From Alphaproteobacteria bacterium (GTDB lineage: Bacteria > Pseudomonadota > Alphaproteobacteria > MPNO01), in NCBI GenBank assembly GCA_965248835.1, contig CBDFLJ010000002.1, forward strand, positions 320,001 through 384,000: DNA of 64,000 bases. The letters are read 5' to 3'. A model generated the notes under the pieces. The model was not told where the DNA came from. It saw only the letters and a list, made by a program, of their open reading frames with translations, and did not search any database. Each line of letters begins with the position of its first letter. Position 1 is the first letter of the stretch. The translations under genes and the position numbers were made by a program. This document shows positions 58,145 to 64,000 of the stretch, piece by piece.

Positions 58145-59446
58145 ATGACGAGGATCCTCAAACGGCGCAAGGGCGCGGAAGAAACTCGGTCCGCCGAGGA
58201 TCAGGTGCGCCGGACTGTCGAGGACATCCTGGGCGATATCCAGGCGCGCGGCGACGAGGCCCTGCGCGCGCTGTCGCAGAAGTTCGATAAATGGTCGCCG
58301 GAAAGTTTCCGGCTGAGCGCCGCGGAGATCGAGGCCCTGGTCGCACGCGTCCCGGCGGAGACCATCTCCGACATCGCGTTCGCCCAGGCCCAGATCCGCA
58401 ACTTCGCCCAGGTCCAGCGCGCGGCGCTGCAAGACGTCGAGGTCGAGACCATCCCCGGGGTGACCTTGGGCCACCGCAACATCCCGGTGCATAGCGTCGG
58501 CTGCTACGTTCCCGGCGGGCGCTACCCGATGGTGGCATCTGCCCATATGAGCGTGGTCACCGCAAAGGCGGCCGGTGTCGAGAGGATCATCGCCTGCACG
58601 CCGCCGACCGACGGGGCGCCCCATGCCGAGACCATCGCCGCAATGGCGTTGGCCGGGGCCGATGAGATCTACATCATCGGCGGCGTCCAGGCGGTCGGCG
58701 CGATGGCGCTGGGCACCGAGACGATCGCGCCGGTCGACATGCTGGTCGGCCCGGGCAACGCCTATGTCGCCGAGGCCAAACGCCAGCTTTTCGGCCGGGT
58801 CGGGATCGACCTGCTCGCCGGCCCGACCGAGATCCTGGTGGTGGCCGACGAGACCGCCGACGCAGAGATGGTAGCGACCGACCTGTTGGGCCAGGCCGAG
58901 CACGGCCCGACATCGCCGGCGACGTTGATCACCACCGATGCCAGACTCGCCGAGGCCCTGCCGGCGGAGATCGACCGCCAGCTCGCCGTGCTGCCGACCG
59001 CCGAGGTCGCCGCTGCCGCGTGGCGCGATTTCGGCCAGATCATCGTGGTCGAGAGCGACGAGGAGGCGGCCGCCGAGGCCGACAAGCTCGCCTGCGAGCA
59101 TGTCGAAATCCTGACCCGCGAGCCGCGCTGGTTCCTCGAGCGCATGCGCAATTACGGCTCGATGTTCCTCGGGCCCGAGACCAACGTGTCCTACGGCGAC
59201 AAGGTGATCGGCACCAACCACACCCTGCCCACCATGGGGGCGGCGCGCTATACTGGCGGGCTGTGGGTCGGCAAGTTCCTGAAGACGGTCACCTATCAGG
59301 AATGCACCGAGGCGGCGAGCGTGGAGATCGGCGATTACTGCTCCAGGCTGTGCGCGATCGAGAAGTTCTGGGGGCATAAGGAACAGGCCGACCTCAGGCT
59401 GCGGCGCTATGGCGGGCGCAATATCGGCCTGGGCGCCGACCGATAG
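58145..59446 (+). CDS. Histidinol dehydrogenase paralog (HpsN-like)
   Basis: [30 protein letters not shown] and [14 protein letters not shown]; no his operon context. Confidence 0.8.
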   Translation: MTRILKRRKGAEETRSAEDQVRRTVEDILGDIQARGDEALRALSQKFDKWSPESFRLSAAEIEALVARVPAETISDIAFAQAQIRNFAQVQRAALQDVEVETIPGVTLGHRNIPVHSVGCYVPGGRYPMVASAHMSVVTAKAAGVERIIACTPPTDGAPHAETIAAMALAGADEIYIIGGVQAVGAMALGTETIAPVDMLVGPGNAYVAEAKRQLFGRVGIDLLAGPTEILVVADETADAEMVATDLLGQAEHGPTSPATLITTDARLAEALPAEIDRQLAVLPTAEVAAAAWRDFGQIIVVESDEEAAAEADKLACEHVEILTREPRWFLERMRNYGSMFLGPETNVSYGDKVIGTNHTLPTMGAARYTGGLWVGKFLKTVTYQECTEAASVEIGDYCSRLCAIEKFWGHKEQADLRLRRYGGRNIGLGADR

Positions 59447-59461
59447 GGTGGAGCGGCGGGC

Positions 59462-60649
59462 GTGGATGGCGTAATCTCGAACGACCTTCGCGGCGAGCTC
59501 GTCGCGCGTGCGCGCGACCTGGTCCCGGCGCTGCGCGAGCGCGCGGCGACGTGCGATGAGATCCGCACGATCCCGCAGGAAACCCACGATGCCTTCCTCG
59601 ATGCCGGGTTCTACAAGATCCTCCAGCCGGCGCGGTTCGGCGGGCTCGAGATGGATCTGGAGACCATGATCGACGTCGCGGCCGAGCTCGGCCGCGGCTG
59701 CGGCTCCAGCACTTGGGTCTACACCAACCTGGTCATGCAGGCCTGGCTCAACGGCCGCAAGGACCCGCGCGCCCAGGAAGAGTTGTGGGGCGATGACGAG
59801 GATGCCCAGGTCGCCTGCTCCTTCCCCGATCCCGCGGCGGAGGTGCGCGAGATCGACGGCGGCTTCGTGGTCAAGGGCACCTGGCGCTATTCCAGCGGCA
59901 TCGATTTCGTGAGCTGGAACAACCTCCAGCTCTTCCTCAAGCCCGAGCACGGCCCGCCGGTCAACGTGTTCGCGATGATCCACAACGCCGAATACGAGGT
60001 GATCGACGACTGGGACATGACGGGTCTGCGCGGCACCGGCAGCCGCTCGCTGCGCATCGAAGAAGCGTTCATCCCGGAATACCGCGTCCACCGCATCCGA
60101 GACGACCAGGCCTTCGAGACCCCGGGCAGCAAGATCAATCCCGGCACGATCTACCGCCTGCCGTTCTGGGGGATCGGCGGGCGTGCCTTCTCCAGCCCGG
60201 CGATCGGTTATGCCCGCGGCGTGATGGACCTGGTGGTCGCGGACTTGCGCGACCGGGTGGCCGCGCGCGGCGGCGTCAAGCTCGCCGACCAGCCGACCGT
60301 CCAGGTGCGCATCGCCGAAGCCGGGGCCGAGATCGACGCCGCCTGGGCGCTTCTGCTGCGCGACTGCGCCGAGGCGACCGCGATGACCGAGGCCGGCCGG
60401 ATGGCCGACCTCGAGACCCGGATGCGCTGGCGGCGCAACAACGCCTACGCGGTCCAGCTCTGCCTCCGGGCGACCGACCGTCTCTACCCGCTGGCCGGCA
60501 TGCGCGCCATGCAGCCCGGCAGCGCGGTCGCGCGGCTATGGCGCGACGTCCACGCCGCCTCGTCCCAGGTCGGCACCGCCTGGGATCCGCAGGCCACCAA
60601 CTACGGCAAGGCGCTGTTCGGCGCCGCGCTGTCCGACCCGCGTGCCTGA
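59462..60649 (+). CDS. Two-component flavin-dependent monooxygenase, oxygenase subunit (acyl-CoA dehydrogenase fold, HsaA-like)
   Basis: QPARFGG, GCGSSTW, WRYSSG, DDWDMTGLRGTGS and RLWRDVH. Confidence 0.88.
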   Translation: MDGVISNDLRGELVARARDLVPALRERAATCDEIRTIPQETHDAFLDAGFYKILQPARFGGLEMDLETMIDVAAELGRGCGSSTWVYTNLVMQAWLNGRKDPRAQEELWGDDEDAQVACSFPDPAAEVREIDGGFVVKGTWRYSSGIDFVSWNNLQLFLKPEHGPPVNVFAMIHNAEYEVIDDWDMTGLRGTGSRSLRIEEAFIPEYRVHRIRDDQAFETPGSKINPGTIYRLPFWGIGGRAFSSPAIGYARGVMDLVVADLRDRVAARGGVKLADQPTVQVRIAEAGAEIDAAWALLLRDCAEATAMTEAGRMADLETRMRWRRNNAYAVQLCLRATDRLYPLAGMRAMQPGSAVARLWRDVHAASSQVGTAWDPQATNYGKALFGAALSDPRA

Positions 60650-60681
60650 CCCGAATGATGCCAAGCAGGGAGGAAACCCAG

Positions 60682-61209
60682 ATGGCAAACCGTGAAGTCT
60701 CTCGCGAGGAAATGCTGTCCCGCACCGCCAGGTTCGACGACCTCAACCCGAGCCCGGTCGCCTTCGTCGACACAAAGCTGCCCGGCCATGAGCGCGACAT
60801 CTACAACGTCATCGGCGCCGGCGTGACCGAGGATGCCAATCTCAAGCCCGCGATCGCTGCGGTCGAGGGTTTCAACCTCACCTATTCCGCGGCCGAGCCC
60901 GGCAAGGGCGCGGCGCTGCATTCCCACCAGACGGTCGAGGTGTTCATCCCGATGTCCGGCAAATGGTCGGTCTATTGGGGCGACGACGGCGAGAACGAGG
61001 TGATCCTCGGGCCGTGGGATGTGGTCTCGGTGCCGGTCGGCGTGATGCGCGGCTTCAAGAACGTCGGCACCGAGCACGCCTTCTTGATGGCGATCATCGG
61101 CGGCACCGATTCCGGCAAGGTCGACTGGGCCGAAAGTGTGCTCGAACGGGCCGCTAAGACCGGCCTGGCACTCGATAATGCCGGCAACCTGGTCGAGGCG
61201 CAGGCCTAG
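60682..61209 (+). CDS. Cupin domain protein (paralog of 30313-30843)
   Basis: RFDDL...AFVD...IGAG...PGKGAALHSHQTVEVF; GGAGG RBS. Confidence 0.85.
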   Translation: MANREVSREEMLSRTARFDDLNPSPVAFVDTKLPGHERDIYNVIGAGVTEDANLKPAIAAVEGFNLTYSAAEPGKGAALHSHQTVEVFIPMSGKWSVYWGDDGENEVILGPWDVVSVPVGVMRGFKNVGTEHAFLMAIIGGTDSGKVDWAESVLERAAKTGLALDNAGNLVEAQA

Positions 61210-61236
61210 CCTCGCCCCACCGCAGAGCGAACGCCG

Positions 61237-61269
61237 GTCCGGGGGCCTGTTCCGAACGGGCTCCCGGAC
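61237..61269. terminator. Hairpin between convergent genes
   Basis: GTCCGGGGGCCTGTT-CCG-AACGGGCTCCCGGAC, a 15-bp stem with two G-U pairs; no U-tract. Confidence 0.55.
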
Positions 61270-61311
61270 TGCGGCCGGATCCGCCCCGCCGCGAAGCGCG
61301 GTGACGCGGGT

Positions 61312-63693
61312 CTACGCCGTCCGGAGGGCCGCGAGAACCAGATCGGGCGACAGAGGAATGTCGTCGATCCTGGCGCCGAACGGTCGTATCGCGTCGTTGA
61401 CCGCATTGACCACCGCGGCCGCGGCACCGGCGGTGCCGGCCTCGCCCGCCCCCTTGGCGCCGAGCTCGGACAGGCCGGTCGGGGTCTCGATATGGGCGAC
61501 CTCGATATCGGGCGTCTCCAGGAACTGCGGGACCAGGTAATCGGCCATCGTCCCGCTCAGGAGCTGGCCCGCATCGTCGTAGACGCAGTGCTCCCACAGG
61601 GCTGCGCCGATGCCCTGGATCACGCCGCCGCGGACCTGCTCGTCGACGAGCTGGGGGTTGATCATCCTGCCGCAATCTTCGACCGCCCAGTGGTTGAGCA
61701 GCTTGATCTCCCCGGTCCCCGTATCGACCTCGACCCAAGCGGCCTGGACACCGTTGGTGAAGACGAACGGATAGTCCGTGACCCGGTAATGGCGGGTCAC
61801 CACCAGCTCCGGCTGATGGTCGTTGGGCAGGTCGTTGCCGCGGTAGAACGCGGTCCGGGCGACCTCCGAAAGCGCCATGCGCTGGCTGCCGGTGGCCTCA
61901 TCGACCACGGCGCCGTCGCGGATATCGAGGGTCTCTGGCTGCGCTTGCAGAAGGATCCCGGCGGTCTCAAGGACGTTGGCGCGCAGCGCGCGCGCCGCCT
62001 GCCACCCGGCCTCCCCGCCAATCCCGGCCGCGCGCGAGGCCCAGGTCCCGCCGCCATAGGGCGTGTGGTCGGTATCGCCGGTGATCACCCGGACCTTCTC
62101 CAGGGGGATGCCGAACCCGGTGGCGACGACCTGGCCCATGACTGCCTCGGCGCCCTGGCCCTGCTCGGTCACGCCGGTCGAGCACGTCACCGTCCCGCCC
62201 GCCTCCAACCGCAGCGTACAGCCGTCCTGGGCCGCGATATGCGCCCCGCCGACGCCGTAGAACATCGGGCTCGGATTGGTCACCTCGATGAAGGTTGCAA
62301 GCCCGATGCCGCGATAGATCCCCTCGGCCCGCAGCGCTTGCTGTTCGGCGCGCAGATCCGCGTATCCCATCATCTCTTCGAGCTTGTCGAGCGATGCCTG
62401 GTGCGACAGGCTCTCGAATCTGAGGCCCGAGGCCGACCCGCTGGGATAGGCGTCATCGGCGATCATGTTGCGCCGGCGGATGGCGAACGGATCGATCCCG
62501 GCAGCCTCGGCGGCGAGGTCGACCAGCCCTTCGGTCACCGAGCAGGCGATCGGATGGCCGACGGCGCGGTACTGGCACATCATCGCCTTGTTCTGGAACA
62601 CCACCCGCCCGCGTGCGCGATAGTTGGGACAGGCGTATTGCGATCCGACCAGGTTGAGGATCTGGTTGGTTTCGATCGCGCTGGTGCGGGGGTACATCGA
62701 ATAGGGCCCGATCCCGGTGAGATCGTCGATCTCGAAGGCCAGGATCTCGCCGTCGGCCGCGACAGCGATACGCCCGTCCACCCGGTGGTCGCGGGCGTGG
62801 ATGTCCGAGACGAAGGACTCCAGCCGGTCGGCGATGAACTTGACCGGGCGGCGCAGCATGAGGCTGAGCGCGGCCGTCGCGATCTCATCGCCGTAGGTGT
62901 GCACCTTGATGCCGAACGAGCCGCCGACATCGGGGGTGATGACGCGCACCGCGTCCTCGGGCAGGTCCAGATGCTTGGAAAGGATATATTGGATCATGTG
63001 CGGGCATTGGGTGGCGAGCCACACCGTCAGCCTTCCGTCGCCCGGATCGAAGCTTGCCAGCGCCGCGCGGGGCTCCAGGCAGACGCCGGTATGCCGGCCG
63101 AAGCCGAACGAGGCCTCGACCACATGGGCGGCCGCCGCGAGCGCCTCCTCGGTCTGTCCGACGTCGATATTGCGCTCCCAGGCGAGGTTGTCGCCGAGCT
63201 CGGCATGGATCGGCGCCGCGCCGGCGGCGAGCGCCGCCTCGGCATCGACGACCGGCTCGAGCGGGGCGTAGTCGATTTCGACCAGCGCGGCCGCGTCCTC
63301 GGCGACCGCGCGGCTGTCGGCCAGGACCGCGGCCACCGGCTCGCCCTGCCAGCGCGCGACCGTGGTCGCCATCGCCGGCTGCGGCGGCGACTTCAGGCCC
63401 TGCAGATGGGTCAGCACGCCGACCCAGGGCGTGCAGTGTTGGGCGAGCTCTGCCCCCGTCACCACGGCGACGACGCCGGGCATCGCACGCGCGGCATCGC
63501 TGCGGATGGCATCGATCCGCGCGTGGGCGTGGGGGCTGCGCAGGAAGGCGGCGTGCACCATGCGCGGCAGGCTGACGTCGTCGACGAAGCGCCCGCGGCC
63601 CGCCGTGTGCCGTCCGGCCGCCTCGCGCGGCGCGCTGCGCCCGATATAGGAGTTCGGCCGGTCGAATCGTGTCAGTATGACCTGGTCCGCCAT
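61312..63693 (-). CDS. Xanthine dehydrogenase family molybdopterin-binding large subunit
   Basis: FLRSPHAHA, DVGGSFG.K, QYRAVG, EQGQG, GGTWASR and GAKGAGEAG. Confidence 0.92.
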   Translation of the reverse strand: MADQVILTRFDRPNSYIGRSAPREAAGRHTAGRGRFVDDVSLPRMVHAAFLRSPHAHARIDAIRSDAARAMPGVVAVVTGAELAQHCTPWVGVLTHLQGLKSPPQPAMATTVARWQGEPVAAVLADSRAVAEDAAALVEIDYAPLEPVVDAEAALAAGAAPIHAELGDNLAWERNIDVGQTEEALAAAAHVVEASFGFGRHTGVCLEPRAALASFDPGDGRLTVWLATQCPHMIQYILSKHLDLPEDAVRVITPDVGGSFGIKVHTYGDEIATAALSLMLRRPVKFIADRLESFVSDIHARDHRVDGRIAVAADGEILAFEIDDLTGIGPYSMYPRTSAIETNQILNLVGSQYACPNYRARGRVVFQNKAMMCQYRAVGHPIACSVTEGLVDLAAEAAGIDPFAIRRRNMIADDAYPSGSASGLRFESLSHQASLDKLEEMMGYADLRAEQQALRAEGIYRGIGLATFIEVTNPSPMFYGVGGAHIAAQDGCTLRLEAGGTVTCSTGVTEQGQGAEAVMGQVVATGFGIPLEKVRVITGDTDHTPYGGGTWASRAAGIGGEAGWQAARALRANVLETAGILLQAQPETLDIRDGAVVDEATGSQRMALSEVARTAFYRGNDLPNDHQPELVVTRHYRVTDYPFVFTNGVQAAWVEVDTGTGEIKLLNHWAVEDCGRMINPQLVDEQVRGGVIQGIGAALWEHCVYDDAGQLLSGTMADYLVPQFLETPDIEVAHIETPTGLSELGAKGAGEAGTAGAAAAVVNAVNDAIRPFGARIDDIPLSPDLVLAALRTA

Positions 63694-63837
63694 CTCGCCC
63701 CCGCTGCGCTTGTTTTCTCCTGTCCAAAGCTCTATGCCGCCTATGGGCGAACGGTCAAGCCGTTTGGGACATTGAGGCCTTGCCGAGCCGCCCCCGGTGT
63801 TGCGATCATCGGCCGTCACTGCGAAGGGAAAATACCG

Positions 63838-64000
63838 ATGGCACTGACCAGCCTGGACCACTGTTCGATCAGGACAGCGAAGCTCGACGAGACGCGCGAC
63901 TTCTATGTCGATGTCCTGGGGCTCGAGGACGGCGACCGGCCGGACTTCCCGTTCCCCGGCAACTGGCTCTATGCCGATGGTGTGGCGGTGGTCCATCTGG
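63838..64000 (+). CDS. VOC/glyoxalase family protein, 5' part (runs off window)
   Basis: Not in ORF track. Manual translation: MALTSLDHCSIRTAKLDETRDFYVDVLGLEDGDRPDFPFPGNWLY...VHL. Confidence 0.85.
   Translation, partial: MALTSLDHCSIRTAKLDETRDFYVDVLGLEDGDRPDFPFPGNWLYADGVAVVHL

Noticed and set aside
58145-59446. Biosynthetic hisD
   Set aside because: GDK motif and catabolic context; symbol withheld.
57074-60091. 1005-aa minus-strand ORF and similar long antisense ORFs (3376-5472, 14547-16637, 19422-21389, 23405-25684, 52534-54525)
   Set aside because: Shadow frames of well-supported genes in high-GC DNA; they show no family motifs.
61312-63693. Aerobic CO dehydrogenase CoxL
   Set aside because: Lacks AYxCSFR; no coxM/S or accessory genes adjacent.

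Overview
High-GC chromosomal window, probably from an alphaproteobacterium (Rhodospirillales-like; this taxonomy is inferred from the glyS-glyQ-S49 peptidase-tRNA methyltransferase-DUF2007-ispB-tRNA-Pro core block at 19.2-25.8 kb). The left arm holds a TRAP transporter, a nested scar of three IS elements (IS3, IS110/IS1111 right end, IS5) and a CUT1-type ABC importer. It also holds a 6.7-kb island bounded by two directly repeated IS630 remnants. The island's only cargo is a PD-(D/E)xK nuclease + STAND NTPase + long C-terminal-domain gene (Avs-like candidate defence gene), split by a 942-bp IS5 with a TGA target duplication. Removing the IS restores one open frame of 1705 aa. The right arm (26-64 kb) is a dense catabolic region in which I recognised no regulator genes. 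It includes nicX, two CADD/PqqC-like di-iron proteins, a ferritin-like protein, two LLM oxidoreductases, four cupins, a flavin monooxygenase, an HpsN-like HisD paralog and orphan subunits (hydantoinase B, UbiD, Mo-hydroxylase large subunit). A divergent NicX-like paralog lies at 16.4 kb. Together these suggest a non-canonical N-heterocycle degradation network. No CRISPR, rRNA, integrase or prophage was seen. All calls come from reading motifs by eye and recalled family knowledge; no database searches were run.
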